From the NCBI GenBank assembly GCA_964016885.1, contig OZ024745.1:104842001-104906000 (forward strand): 64,000 nucleotides of DNA, given 5' to 3'. How positions within the stretch are numbered: the stretch's first letter is position 1; each line of letters begins with the position of its first letter. The position numbers and the translations under genes were made by a program. The DNA is from Eledone cirrhosa. Taxonomy: Eukaryota. The notes under the pieces were generated by a model. That model was not told the DNA's origin. It searched no databases and saw only the letters and a list, made by a program, of their open reading frames with translations. This document shows positions 39,291 through 53,365 of this stretch, piece after piece.

Positions 39291-42200
39291 ATTAAAATGT
39301 TCAAATTTTTAATTTATACCCAGATGATATTAGATTTTAGTTGTTAAATATTTGTCATTTGTTATTAATTTGAAAGCTAGTTATTGCAGTAAACTTCTCA
39401 GAATTGTTGATTATTTTGATAATTGAAACGCAAAAGCAATATATTGCTGTCAGGAATATGATATCAAAAAGGTTAATAAAGGAAGGACTATTGTACATTA
39501 GGCATCATATTTATTCAGTAATGAAATCCAGGCACCCAGATCTAATTACAAAGTCGATAAAGAATGTGTCTTCTTCTTTAGACCATTAAAGAAACTTGAA
39601 CTCAGGGTTATTAACTAATAAAACAGCCATCAATAATGCAATGATCTTGCATCTTATGTCAGTGAGCTGTTGATATTCAAAGTACCCATTTAGAGTTTGT
39701 TGCATTGATCCCACAAAGGCCGAATGTTTCAGCCATGGACTGTTTTGTATTATTTGTGGTAAGTTATGAACCATTGATCCTCACAACACCTTCTTAGCTT
39801 GTCTGTTTGCAATTTGAAACAGAAGATAATTTATTTTGAGCACTAGTAGAAATATGCCATCAATTTGATGGCCATATAGTTGAATGTAATGCATTTTTGG
39901 AGTCCAGGATTGGTATGCTATATATATCAAAATTACTGGATATATAATGATCATACAATCTGGGAAATTTGTGTTTTGATAAATTAATAGTTTACATAAG
40001 TTTGCATTAATTACTGATACTTTGAAATTTTTAAAGACAAATGTAGTGTTAGAACCCAGGACTATAGGATTGGAAAGTGAACTGCTTGAAGTAGCAACAT
40101 GACTGGAGATAGGAGATGCATTGTATGTAAGTTAGTGTCTAAATTTTAAAGAGTTTCTGAGGGAGATATAAATAAGTATACAAATACACATGGTGTATTA
40201 TTATGGTTAATTATACTTATTTTCCCTGTTATAATGTTATTAACTTTGATTCTGTATTGCTTCTATTCAAATAGTATGTGAGAGTAATGTTTTCATAAAT
40301 AAGTACCATAGAAGTGAAATAAGTTTCTACTATGGGGAACCTGTTACCTAGTTTTTCATATCAATTCTGTTAATGTTTTTGACAGGCTCATATACAACCT
40401 AATGTTATTTGCTCTTATCTATATATCTATATATTTGAAATAAGAGACATAGCAATTTAATAATGGATATTAACTTACTCTCTTATTTAATCAGTGACTC
40501 AAACACAGGGTTTTCCAATTATGTCTGCATACAAATACAGTTGAAAATGTTGAATTGATAATATGTTACACTACCAATTGAGTGGAATTGATAGGTATTT
40601 TTTCTACCACTAGTGCTGGGCTGTGTCAATAACAAAGATATAAACAACCTTCACCTTGTCCACTTAAATATATCAACATTGAAATATTACAACACCTTGC
40701 TATAAAATGCAAGAACACTGTATCATTATTGAGATTCTTGTTAGATTGCCATGCGTAGATCAGGTCCTTCTCTCCATAAAAAAGTTTGTCTATTAAGTAT
40801 GGCCTTCTTCCAACCAATTCAGCTATCACCACACCCATGTGGGCACAATATAGATAAATCCAGTTAAAATCATTATCTAAACTGTATTCCCTTTTGTTAT
40901 ATTAGGGAAGTATTTCAATACATTATTATATTTCATTTCAATACATTAGATATATTGTATTGTATTGATTTTTGTATATTTTTTATTGATACACTTTCTA
41001 TCGCTGTAAGAGAGTTTCAAGTAAGATATACTACATAACCTATAATTGTATATAGTTTCAAAACATTAGTGAAAGTAGCTTAATGTTTTCTTTTTTTTTT
41101 TTTTGTGAGAGAGAGTGGATGGAAGTGAATAGGTTCCAGTCTATTGACTAAAATCACACTTTGAAATAAAAGATAAAGGCTTTCAGAACATGAGGACATA
41201 TTAGTAGAACACTGAAATGGATATCTGCCAAAAAGTTAATTCAACAAGAGTATTGAGAATCTTTAAAACTGTACAAAGATGTTATTTAGATATAGGAATA
41301 TTTGATAAGATGTCACTCAAAGATGTTAATAATAAATGTCCAGAAATATTTCATCAACATCCAGACTAACTAGGGCAACGTTTACTTATTCAGCCATTAG
41401 TTCACCAATCTTTTCACCTTTCTTTTTCCTTACACAAGATAACAATCTCTACACATTGCTGATTAATAATTTATTAGTTTCAGATAATTCCAATTCTTTA
41501 CAAATGAAGAAAATAAATTTAAAAAAAAAAGAATTATACATAAATCAATTATAATAAATACATAAACTATTTATTCCATTCACTAAATTCTTTTAATTTT
41601 ATTGAAAAAAAAATAAACACAAATACAACAAAAAAAAAGAAGCAAACAAGCAAAAATGCAACATTCTTTTTGTTCTGTGTGTGTGTGTGTGATAGTTGTA
41701 TCAAATAAATAGTTACTGATTTACATTTATTTTTTACATTTAACTGTTGCCAATACAACTTCTGCTTAAAAGTGGAGGAGTCACATGACCAGTACACTGT
41801 CTCTTAAACAAATATCACTCTGCTAGTCTGGTCATAATAGAATGGTTGCCTAGTAACAACCAGAATTTTACAGTTCCAAAATTCATAACAATGTGTATTA
41901 CTTCTCAGCAGATAGAAATAGATTAAGCTTATATTTTAAACTCAAATAATGACTAAAGACTTCAGCTATCATATAGCAGCATGAAATGAAAAATAACCCC
42001 CCCAAACATCAAAGCAAACTAGATTTAAAATCATCATTATTAATTCACTTCGTTTCAGTGTATTGTCATAACAAGTAGAGCAATAGTAAATTTAATCAAA
42101 AAATGTTGAACAATGAAAACATTAACAACGTTAACATCAATTAATACATATCAATTAAGTAAATATAATAACATGATTATGGTGACAAATATAAACAGAT

Positions 42201-43222
42201 ATCCACACACGCACATACACGCATGCACACACACATATGTATAGCTATTAATAGTCTAGATTGTTGTTTAACTATGTGAATGGTGAAATAGTCATGGAGG
42301 ATTTAATGTACTAGTAATGCCTCCCAGCTGGCAAACAATGGATTAAAGTGCATTGTATACTTCTGATTGCAAGAGTTCGTGCATTAATGTAAACACTTTT
42401 CTGTTTTCTCAGGCAATTAAAATTATCCTATTTAATCAGTCAATTTACCAAACGATAAACATCACTTTCATTTTATTTCTGAAATGTTCAGAGTTTTAAC
42501 ACCAATACAGGAATGAGAGATGCTATAGCAGCTGGTTGCAAGATTTTTAAAGGAATTTGAGCCTTTCAGTTATTTCTATAAATATGTTAACATTTCATAT
42601 GCAAATGCCCATTGTTACACAATAATGGAACGTATACTAACACAAAACAACAACAAACAAACAAAAGTCTGGTTGCTCCAATATTGTCCACACTGTAAAG
42701 AGGTTGGTGATAGGAGGGGAATCCAGTCATAAAAAAAAAATTATCACACACACATCGTACCAACAAAAAGATTTATTTTTCTGCTGCACTATCCAGCATT
42801 TTAAAATGGTACTCACAATTAAATCATGTGAAACCATTTTGCTGGTTTGAGAGCTGATGAGGGTGAAGATGTGTGTGTGTAAACTTGTCTTGTACATCGC
42901 CTTTCTTTGTTTACTTCTTCTAGTTACTTCTGTGTGCCAGCGCACTTCTCCTTGATCTCCTCCTCTTTCAATCTTTTCTATATTTCATCTGCCTGTCACC
43001 CACCTTGTGGATTGTCTCTCTGTTGACCACTGGTCTCAGTCCTCTGAGGCGCTTTTGCCCATCGCTGTCTTTGACAGCATTTAGCTGTTTTAATAGCTGC
43101 TTTAGTGATGAGTTTTCTCATCTTTATATGTATTGGAACATCAGGTTTTTCTGTTACTGAGTGTGCCAGATGATGGACTACAAATAGTGAGATTCTATTA
43201 AATCTGTCCAACTGCAGAATCA

Positions 43223-43650
43223 ACATCATCATCATCCATATTTTACGTTCACTCTTCCATGCTTGCATGGGTTGGATCGGTCTTTTCCAGAACATCATGC
43301 CTTCACTCATCATGGTCCTTTGTCATCTCCTCTGTGAGATTCAGCAAATTGAGATCACCAGGCATCACCTCAGCCCAAGTCCTACTTGATCTTCTGCTAC
43401 TGCAACTTTGTTCTACTGGGATTTCTTGGCACTTCTTCACCTAGTGGTCATCATCCATGTGTATCACATGTCCATATCAGTGCAGTCTTTTCTCTTGCAC
43501 ACATCTGATTCCCTCTGCACCCAGTTTCCCTCTCAATTCATCTATGCTTCATCGTTCATTCTCATTAATATTGCACATCCATCAAAGCAGGCTGACCTTA
43601 TTTCTCTTCAGTCTTTGCATATCCTCTGCTTTCACTGCCCATGTTTTATA
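43223..43650 (-). mobile_element. Old RTE 3' fragment
   Basis: (CAT)n tail and reverse-complement similarity to 38222-38625. Confidence 0.78.
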
Positions 43651-44606
43651 ACCATATATCAACACACACAAAAAGACAGACAAAATGATGATAATGGTTT
43701 ATGTGTCAACTATGTTCAGATATCCTTTTGTACTTAGTGAAGGTCTAGTTTCTAGTGGAGACCAAATTTCTTTATCTTGTGTTTCCATGCACTCATACTA
43801 CCTCTCTACAAGGATTAAAAGCAGGTTTAGTTGAAATTTTTATCTCCAGGCATATTTCTGAATCATGCTTAACTGTTTTGTAAATACTACAAATGAGTAA
43901 AGAAACCCTTGTCAATCGTATCAGGTACAAACACACACACACGCACGCGCGCGCGGTTAAGAGTGTTTTGGAAAAGCAAGTACAGTGTGAATATTGTTTT
44001 TACCTTATAATATTTTGAGGTTAGAACCTCTTTATCAAATGAGAAAGAATCTAACAGTCTTGTTCTCATGAGTTGTCATTGTGTGACAGGCTGGTGGTGA
44101 AAGTCAGTAAGTGGAAAGGTGACATGTGCTGACGTGTATGCTCACAGTAGCCTGTCAACCCCATGTTATCAATTATTAGTGTATACCTATTGATAAAAAT
44201 GGCCTTTTTGATGTGGAAATTTCCAATGTTCTACTTAGTGGCTTCTACAGGGACTACAATATCTCATGTGTGGCATTTTCAAAGATGTCTTTTGTTAAAG
44301 GAACAGAGGTAGCACGTGCATTAGTATGTTCTTTGATCTGCATGTATAATTTCCAGAAAGAGATAGACAGAGAGTAAAGAATAGAAGAAAATGTTTTCAA
44401 TACTAGAGTGTAGAAATGTATTTTAGCTAATCCATTTGGCTGTTACTCTGGAGTTTCCCTAATGCATATAGCCAGTTCCTCATATAGGAAAAAAAAATCT
44501 CTCTCTCTGTATATATATATAGTAGTAATAAGTAGGTAAAATATCCAAAGTTTAGAGCAACTCAAGTCTATAGGGCAAGTTTGAATATAATTAAGGCAAG
44601 TAGCTA

Positions 44607-44784
44607 TAATTGTTTCTACTTTTGGCACAAGGCCAGCAATTACCCAGTACATTACTGGTACTTTATTTTATCGACCCCATAAGGATGAAAGGCAAAGTTA
44701 ACTCGGCGGGATTTGAACTCAGAGTGTAAAGGGACGTAACTATGCTAGAAAGCATGGCGTCCAACCCTCTACCGATACTGCCAA
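44607..44784 (-). mobile_element. tRNA-derived SINE with ~18-bp degenerate TSD
   Basis: aaggcaagtagctataat / aaggcaaataactataat flanks. Confidence 0.88.
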
Positions 44785-46177
44785 GGCAAATAACTATAAT
44801 GGTGCCATACCAGCTATGTATGTTTCATTAGCCCCGAAGACTAACTTGTTCAATCTGTGCCAATGAAAATGAACGGGAAAATGTTTACACTGACATTAAA
44901 GGACAGTATCCTGAGAAAAGCTACTCCACTAGTTGGCATGAACTCACTTGCAGACACACTTCAGTCTCTGGCCTGCAGATGTGTGGTCTCGTTTCTCTGA
45001 TGTTTCTACTGTTATCTTCATGGTCTATGTTCCTTGTAGTTGGCTGGTCTTATGCCACCTCTTCTCTCATCACCCATATTGTGTTCTCCCTACTGAGAGC
45101 ATTGACTCTCTAGACCCCCCCCCCCCCATCCATGCTCATGTCTTTCCTATGGGAGTTGACTTCCAGCTGTTGAAGTGGAACATCAACTGGATCAAGCTCT
45201 CCAGATTTCGAGGCTCTGGGAAGATCATGGACACTTCCCCTTTCTCCGCCTAACTACCTAATGTAAAAAAAAAAGAAGAAAAAAAAGTATTCAAAATCTT
45301 TTGATTTTCAGTTTTTGATCTTCAGTCTCTTTGAGCAGCTTCTAAGACCTTTCAGTACTAAATCTATAGCCATCACAAAGAGGAGAAAAACTGCACTTCA
45401 TCATAATATCTATTTCCATTATCTATTACTTGGTTTTTTGAAATCCTTGATGGTAAACTGCATGACTACTGATAAAAAGTATTGCATTAGAAAGAAATTA
45501 CTCACATGTCCTGAAAAAAAAAAAGAAAGGAAATAAAAACTTAAATGTCTAATACTTTGTGTATCAGTGCATGGAAAATTGATCCATATGCATTTACCAA
45601 GCAGGCCAGACAACCTGAATTTTTTTCTCTCTTTTTGTCATGCTGAATGGAGCTAAAAATCATCTTAGTATGCTCAGAACAGCTTAGGAATCCCATGACA
45701 TTGGCTTTCTGAACTGATGTGCTTATCACAATGTGGATAGGCATTTGAAAAAAACTATTGTCTAAATGTTCATATTTCAAACTTATCTTTTGCTCATTAT
45801 TTCTGATTGCATTAATAATTACATAACATGCCATACATCATATGGACCAATTAATTCTGCATAAAATTTGTTCTTCAGGAGTTTAGTTGTTATACTCCCA
45901 ATGGAGATTTTAGCTTCTTTTATAAACTAATTAATTAATCTAGTTTTTGGTAACTGCTTTGTGTCATCTATAGTTTCTTTGGGGGCATTTTGTAGCATAT
46001 TAGAAGATATTACTTGTCTTTTGTTCAACCACACTCCATTTCTGGAAGGCAAGAGACTGTGTAAGTGGGTAAACATGGTTATCTAACAGTACAGTAATCT
46101 AGTGTAGATACTTAACAGTTGAAGGGTTAACAGGTGATCACCAATTGTTGCTGCTATTAATTTAAGAAAGAAGTTCT

Positions 46178-46480
46178 TTAAGGGTTTTTGGAGTAACATT
46201 ACTTGATAGTGTGTAACTTGGGGATCAGAGAGTCACTCCAGGTAGAGCCGTTACTTCTCCATATAGAGAGTTCACAGCTCTGATACAATGGGCAGGTGGT
46301 TAGAATATCTCAGGAGACCTTGGGGTAGACCCCGAGCAAAATGACTGGATAACATCCATGTCATGTTTGGGGATCCAGTCGGATTAATTGGAGACAGTTG
46401 CTTCTGACAAGACCTGCTGGAAGGAGAGTTTGAGAACTCTGCCCCCACGACCCTCTCAGGGATAATTGGGCAAAGAAAAA
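46178..46480 (+). mobile_element. Second Expander-like RTE 3' fragment
   Basis: Aligns with 18200-18495 (agggtttttggagtaac...ctgcccccacgaccctctcagg). Confidence 0.78.
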
Positions 46481-46931
46481 GTTCTTTAAGTGAAAGGAAA
46501 ATAGGACAGCAAATAGTTTAGTCAGAAAGAAAATTCCTTCCATCCTGGAAACCTTTGTTTCAAAGAGGGCATTGTCTTCTTGTCAGTTGGCATTATCAGT
46601 GAAAGGTAAAAGTTGATACCTAAAGTTAGTAATTAAATATGTTGAGTAAATTGCTGCAATTAATGATTAAATATGTATAAGAAACAAAATTGGAAATGTT
46701 TGTTAAGGAAAGAGGTTACCAGCTATTGGTTAAAAGGAACTGGATATCCAAGCTTAACTGCAATTATTCAAGACTGGGAATGTTAAATGAATGTAGGAAA
46801 CAATTTAAACAAGACAAATAGCTGGAGTTGACATTTTCAGTATGGTAGAGTCATTGTAATAACTAAAAACACATACACCGCTATAGTCCCTTTTATTATA
46901 TTATTATTTTATTATATTATTATTTTATTAG

Positions 46932-47055
46932 CCATTCTGAGTTCAAATCCCGCCGAGGTTAACTTTGCCTTTCATCCTTATGGGATCGATAAAATAAAGT
47001 ACCAGTAATGTACTGGATAATTGCTGGCCTTGTGCCAATAGTAGAAATAATTATT
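46932..47055 (+). mobile_element. 5'-truncated tRNA-derived SINE
   Basis: ctgagttcaaatcccgccgagg...gtagaaataatta. Confidence 0.85.
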
Positions 47056-47251
47056 TTATAATAGTATAATACATATTATTATCTATCAAATTCTTCTATG
47101 AACACTTTGATGTATATGTTGATGCATAGATAGAATTGAGAGCTTGAAAATTGATAGATGTATGTTTGAGAAATTTAGATAAATTAAGGGATAAATTAAT
47201 TAGAGTGATTATAATTTCCTGTTCTTCAAAATAAATTTGGTGTTCAAGATA

Positions 47252-47441
47252 TAATTGTTTCTACTTTAGGCACAAGGCCAGCAATTACCCAGTGCATTAC
47301 TGGTACTTTATTTTATCGACCCCGTAAGGATGAAAGGCAAAGTCAACCTCGGCGGGATTTGAACTCAGATCGTAAAGGGACGTAACTATGCTGGAAAGCA
47401 TGGCGTCCGACCCTCTACCGAAACTGCCAATCCACCGCCCT
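47252..47441 (-). mobile_element. Full-length young SINE with 15-bp TSD
   Basis: tgttcaagatataat at 47241-47255 and 47442-47456. Confidence 0.92.
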
Positions 47442-47493
47442 TGTTCAAGATATAATGTGCATTCATATGAATGTAGCTGAAGTTAGTCTAAAG

Positions 47494-47815
47494 CAGCAGT
47501 TGCAAACCAGTGGTCCAAGAGAAAATGTTGGTGGTCCGCAGAAAAATGTGGACATTATTTGAAATTTTAATAATAATAAAACAAAAATAATATTTGGTTA
47601 AAATATATTTTATAACCTCCCTAAAAATGTTTCTCTTCAGTAAAGAACTAACATCCATGAAAGAATTTTACGCATATGTATCATCTAACAACAATATGAC
47701 ACACATATGCTTCAGTATTGTTTCGACCAGTGGACATTAATTCATATTTGTGGTCGACAGGATTTAAAATTATGAATTTAGTGGTCTGTGAGGTCTGAAA
47801 GGTTGGTGACCGCTG
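47494..47815. mobile_element. hAT (Charlie-like) MITE with 8-bp TSD
   Basis: gtctaaag on both sides; imperfect TIRs cagcagttgcaaacc / ggttggtgaccgctg. Confidence 0.8.
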
Positions 47816-47833
47816 GTCTAAAGGGCTTATTTA

Positions 47834-48015
47834 CGAGGATTGGCTGAAAAGTTCATAGGCTCTTATGGAATGACCAAATGAGGTTTATTTTTCAACACAG
47901 TCATTGGAAAGAAACAATGCAGTTATTAATAAGAAGAGTTTAAATTAATGCACACAAGATTTCACATCTCTAGCATCACTACTTCATAGCATATGAAATT
48001 TTCAGCCCACCCTCG
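47834..48015. mobile_element. Mariner-derived MITE with TA TSD
   Basis: TA-cgaggattggctgaaaagttcata...tatgaaattttcagcccaccctcg-TA; internal atggaat..gaccaaatgaggtttatt is shared with ~37753-37781. Confidence 0.82.
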
Positions 48016-48472
48016 TAGCTAAGGTAGTGGTGTTATTGTTGTTGCTTAATCAGCAAGCTAGCTATGATCAAAAGTGACCATCCTGCCTTTCTCTCCAGCA
48101 TAGAGAACTCAGGACAACAGTATCTCTAAGACAATACAGTGTAGATTGAGAGAACTGTTGCTGTTATTTCTAGAAGGCCAAGCAACAGCATTGAGTTTCC
48201 ATTTTTGGATCAAGGGTAATTGATGTGAATAGTAGAGATTGAATGGGGAATTTTTGATTTTGTAAAAGAAAAAGAAAAGATATAGGTATGAGTAGGATGT
48301 AGTAGATGAAGTTTAGGATGATGTAATTGTCAGAAATGAAGCAAAACACAAGAGAAATCAATGCTGTCAAGCAGTTCATGTCATGTCTTATGCATAACAT
48401 TTCAACACAGTGTGCTAAATGAAAAAAACATGGAATTTCAGTAAGAAAATGTTCCTGAAAGTGATTTATTTC

Positions 48473-48601
<129 letters not shown>

Positions 48602-48792
48602 CCTGTCTCTGTCTCTCTGTATGTGAGGTATATAGGTACAGGCATAGTTGTGTAGTTAAATAGTTTGCTTTGCAACCATGTTTCGACTTTACATGGAACT
48701 ATAGGCAAGTGTATTCTACTATAGCTTTTGATTGACCAATACCATGTGAGTGAAATTTGGTAGGCAGAAACTATGTGTAAGCTCATTATATA

Positions 48793-49258
48793 TCATCATC
48801 ATCATCATCATCATCGTTTAACGTCCATATTCCACACTTGCATGGGCTTGGACGGGAGTTTTCCCACTTGAGGCAAGAGTAGTTGTCTTGCTCATATAGG
48901 ACTGTCTGGCTGGTTTTCTACAGCTGGATGCCCTTCCTAACACTAACCACATTTACAGTGTGGGACTGGGAGGTTTTTACCGTGTTACCTACACGGCCAC
49001 ATTACAGCGTGGACTGTGTGTTTTTTTGTCGTGACACCTACACGACCTCATTTGTTTCGGGCTGGATGTTGTGACACCAACATAACTTTACATTGAAAGG
49101 AGTGGTGTGGATGGGGTGGTGTGGATGGGACGGGGATGTATTTTGTTAGAGGTGCCTACTGACTGTAGTAGGTTTCACTTTGTACTTAGGTAAGGCGGGT
49201 CTTCTCTATTACTGTGTAGCGCCAAAGGTCTCGGTCCAGTGACATTGTCTTGGGGAGG
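48793..49258 (-). mobile_element. RTE subfamily A 3' fragment
   Basis: Matches the 3' end of the 7873-12090 copy. Confidence 0.9.
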
Positions 49259-49272
49259 TATATATATATATA

Positions 49273-50312
49273 TCATCATCATCATCATCACCGTTTTACG
49301 TCCGTTCTTCCACGCTAGCATGGGTTAGACGGGTTGTCCTGTTGTGGGCAGTGTCTGGTCGGCTGACCATGCCTTGCTCATACAGGAACTGATCTGGCTT
49401 GATTTCTACAGCTGGATGCCCTTCCTAACACCAACCTCATTTACAGTGAGTGCTGGGTGCTTTTTCGTGGCGCCTACACGTCCACTTTACAGTGTGGGCT
49501 GGGTGCTTTTTTGCCGTGGCACCTCCACGGCCACCTTGCGGTGGAGGGGGGGGGGGGCATATTGTTTATATGCTTCAGCATGTACCCATGGGAGGTCGGG
49601 TACCCTGTATTACTGCGTGACGCCAGAAGTCACGGTCGTGTGTCATTGACTTTGAGAGGTGTAGTTGGGTAAGGTCGGCTTTTATCACCTCATCCCAAGT
49701 CATCTTGGGTCTCCCCACTCCGCGGTTTCCATCAACTTCTAGTGCTCTGCACCTTTTTATGCAGCTGTCATCCTTCATACGCATCACATGTCCATACCAG
49801 CGTAACCGCCTCTCCTGCACGCAGCATTTGATTCCTCTTATGCTCAGTCTCTCTCTCAATTCCTTTATGCTTTGTCGTTCACGTATATTACTGTTACACA
49901 TCCATCGGAGCATGCAGGCTTCGTTTCTCTCTAATCTACGTAAGTCTTCCACCTTCAGCGCCCAGGTCTCACTACCATGCAACATCGCTGTTCGGATACA
50001 CGCATCATACAGTCTGCCTTTCATTCTGAGGGAGAAGCCTTTTGCAGCTAGCAGTGGTAGTAGTTCCCTAAACTTCTTCCATCCCGTTCTTACCCTAGTT
50101 ATTGTACTTTCTGAGCACCCACCTCCGTTGCTAATTCGGTCACCTAGGTAGCAGAAGCTGTCTACTGTTTCTACAGGGCCCTCCCAGAGATTGGTGGTAC
50201 TTGTTTCCTGTGGCTGTTTGCTTGCTGTTTCAGCACAGCTGCTGCATGTGAATCCTACATTCTTAATTAAGCTTCCTGAGATCCCGCTACATCTCTTGTG
50301 TACCCATTGTTG
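49273..50312 (-). mobile_element. 5'-truncated RTE subfamily B copy
   Basis: ORF 49575-50024 (RLRWYGHVMRMKDD...GRPKMTW); B-type 3' UTR. Confidence 0.93.
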
Positions 50313-50386
50313 GGTACATATATATTATGAAATACTGTTGGCTTCTTGCTCACATTAATTTCTCTATTTTCATTTATATATATATA

Positions 50387-50858
50387 CTAGAAGTTGATGG
50401 AAACCGCGGAGTGGGGAGACCCAAGATGACCTGGGATGAGGTGATAAAAGCCGACCTTACCCAATTACACCTCTCAAAGACAATGACACACGACCGTGAC
50501 TTCTGGCGTCACGCAGTAATACAGAGTACCCGACCTCCTATGGGTACAAGCTGAAGCATATAAACAATATGCCCCCACACCCCCCACCGCAAGGTGGTCG
50601 TGGAGGTGCCACGGCAAAAAAGCACCCAGCCCACACTGTAAAGTGGACGTGTAGGCGCCACGAAAAAGCACCCAGCACTCACTGTAAATGAGGTTGGTGT
50701 TAGGAAGGGCATCCAGCTGTAGAAATCAAGCCAGATCAGTTCCTGTATGAGCAAGGCATGGTCAGCCGACCAGACACTGCCCACAACAGGACAACCCGTC
50801 TAACCCATGCTAGCGTGGAAGAACGGACGTAAAACGGTGATGATGATGATGATGATGA
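50387..50858 (+). mobile_element. RTE subfamily B 3' fragment (inverted relative to 49273-49745)
   Basis: LEVDGNRGVGRPKMTWDEVI...; (GAT)n tail running into (TA)n. Confidence 0.93.
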
Positions 50859-50985
50859 TATATATATATATATAGTAATAATAATAAATTTGAAGACTAA
50901 AATCCAAAGAGGGCTCGATGAGGATAAATATATATCAAATATATAAGAACCATAGAGCAAATATTTATTAAAATAACAGATTAAA

Positions 50986-51034
50986 GTTTAAGCAAAGAAT
51001 CGCTGCTTTCACCCTTAATGGGATCTTCTGAAAC
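50986..51034 (-). ncRNA. Type I hammerhead motif, CAGAAGA core variant
   Basis: Minus strand: gttt CAGAAGA tccc attaa gggt GAAA gcag cgattct ttgc TT aaac. Same family as 61285-61428; bracketed by a 19-bp inverted repeat (50961-50979 / 51034-51052). Confidence 0.7.
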
Positions 51035-51044
51035 TGTTATTTTA

Positions 51045-51098
<54 letters not shown>

Positions 51099-51148
51099 AA
51101 ATAAAGTTAAATAAAAAGTCAAATGTTTAAAATTTAGCTTTGTTTATT

Positions 51149-51203
51149 ACTGCTATATATATTTCAGTGACAGCCATCTTTGGCTGTGACCTCTTCAAGC
51201 AGT
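51149..51203 (-). ncRNA. Type I hammerhead motif, TTGAAGA core
   Basis: Minus strand: actgc TTGAAGA ggtcacagcc aaagat ggctgtcact GAAA tatata TA gcagt. Confidence 0.8.
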
Positions 51204-51336
51204 CCGAATTAGTGTGGTATAGACAAGTACATATGTTGTTGAGGTGTACAATTTTGTCAATACTCTGATATGCCCAGTTCCTGGTTGGGTTGTTATTTCA
51301 CTGAGGAACTGGAATCATATCAACATATACTCAAAA

Positions 51337-51368
<32 letters not shown>

Positions 51369-51387
51369 CTGACACATGCATACATAT

Positions 51388-52652
51388 AGCTGTGGAGTTG
51401 GGTGTTCTGAAAGTACAGTAGCCAGAGTGAGAATGGGATGGGAAATGTTCAGGGAGCTACTACCACTGCTAATTACAAATTTTTTTTTCCTCAAGATGAA
51501 GGGAAGATTGTATTATGTGTATATAAAAGATAAAGACCCCATAACTCCTTGTGGAGTCATAGAGGCACTATCATACGGCGTGTCTAGGATACATTTAAAC
51601 CTGACGTAGTCCAATCCTCTCCAGGTCTGAACACAGTCGGACTTTTCTATAGAGGAAGAATTGACCCCAGTATTGGACTGGTACTTTCTTTTATCGACCT
51701 CGAAAGGATGAAAGGCAGAGTTGACCTTGGTGGGATTTGAACTCAGAGTACGCAAAAAGGTGGGACGAATGCTGTAAAGCATTCTATCCGACGTCTTAAC
51801 GACTCTGTCAATTCACCGCCTATATCTGAACAGCAATGTTGCATGGTAGTGAGACGGAGGCATCGTGTGCAGAGGACCTGTGAAGATTGAAAAGAAATGG
51901 AGCTTGCATGCTTCGATGGATGTGTAACAGTAATATACATGAATGGCAAAGCATAAATGAACTGTGAGAGAAACTGAGCATAAGAGATCAGATGGAGTAT
52001 GCAGGAGAGGAGGCTGCACTGGTATGGACATGTGATGCATATGAAGAATGACAGCTGTATAAAAAGGTGCAGGGTGCTGAAAATTGGTGGAAGCTGTGAA
52101 GTAGGAAGACTGAAAAAGACTTGGGATGAGGTGATAGAATTTGACCTTGTGCAATTGCACCTTTCAAATGTGATGACACAGGATCAAGATCTCTGGCATT
52201 ATGCAGTGATACAGAAGAGCCAACTTCCCATGTGCACGATTTGAAGCATACATCTAGTATGTATCATTTCCCTCTACCTTCCCCCTTCCATACACCTCTC
52301 ATGTCCTAACATCTCACCTCTCATCCAGTCCACACTGTAAAGTGTGGTAGGTATCACAACAGAAAGCGCCTAGCCTACATTGTAAAGTGGTCATGTTGGT
52401 AACATGACAAAAAGTGCCAAGTCCAAACTGTAAAGTGGTCATGTAGGTGTGTCACAACAAAAAGCACCCAGTACACAATATAAATATAGTTGGCGTCAAG
52501 AAGGGCATTGAACCATAGAAACCAAGCCAGAATCAGTTCTGTATGAGTAAGACATAGTCATCTGACCTAGCTTGTCTCAAAACATGACAACTCATCTAAC
52601 CCATGTTAGCATGGAAAAATGGATGTTAAACGGTGCTGCTACTGATGATGAT
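51388..52652 (+). mobile_element. Old RTE 3' portion interrupted by a minus-strand SINE (~51528-51820)
   Basis: [14 protein letters not shown]...MKGRLY, then the SINE, then TAMLHGSET...ERRLHWYGHVMHM; multi-unit 3' UTR; tail. Confidence 0.82.
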
Positions 52653-52658
52653 ATATAA

Positions 52659-52696
<38 letters not shown>

Positions 52697-53159
52697 ATAT
52701 ATATATATGTATGTATGTATGTGTGTGTGTGTGTATGTGCATTTGAAGATAAATCAGTCGAATACCTATAAGACCAATGAAATGTTTATATTAAACTTTT
52801 CAGTACTAAATGTCCATTTTTATTGTTCAAGTTGGCTAAGAATCAAATAGTATCTCAGACATCTTCCAGACATTCTGTTGAAGATAGTTTTAATTCATTA
52901 TTTAAAAAATTTAATGGCTTTTTTTTCATTTGATTTCCTTTCATTTTTTTTTTTTCTAATTTAACAACAATCCTTATAATTTGTGAGTATGTTATTTTAA
53001 TTACTTAATGAAGTAAAACGGCTGTGAGGACAGGCTGTCGATCAACTGACTGTATAGTTTTATGATCAATTATTAATTTCTAAAGCCATAAACTATGGTT
53101 CCTCTGTGAGAAGTGTTCGGTGCAGCCAACTGACATGTCCTCCTCATAACGGTGCCATT

Positions 53160-53365
53160 TAGTCCCACACTGTAAATGTGGTTTGTGTTAGGAAGGGCAT
53201 CCAGCTGTGAAAAAACCCCGGCCAAATTTACAGTCCTGTTGGAGCAAAGTATGGCATGGCCATTCCTGGCCAGACTTGTCTCTCAATGCGGACGACCTAT
53301 CTGACCCATGCAAGCATGGAAAAATGGACGTAAAATAGTGATGGTGATGGTGATGGTGATGATGA
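53160..53365 (+). mobile_element. RTE-type 3' terminus
   Basis: ccacactgtaaatgtgg...gttaggaagggcatccagctg...ggacgtaaaatag(tgatgg)n. Confidence 0.78.
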
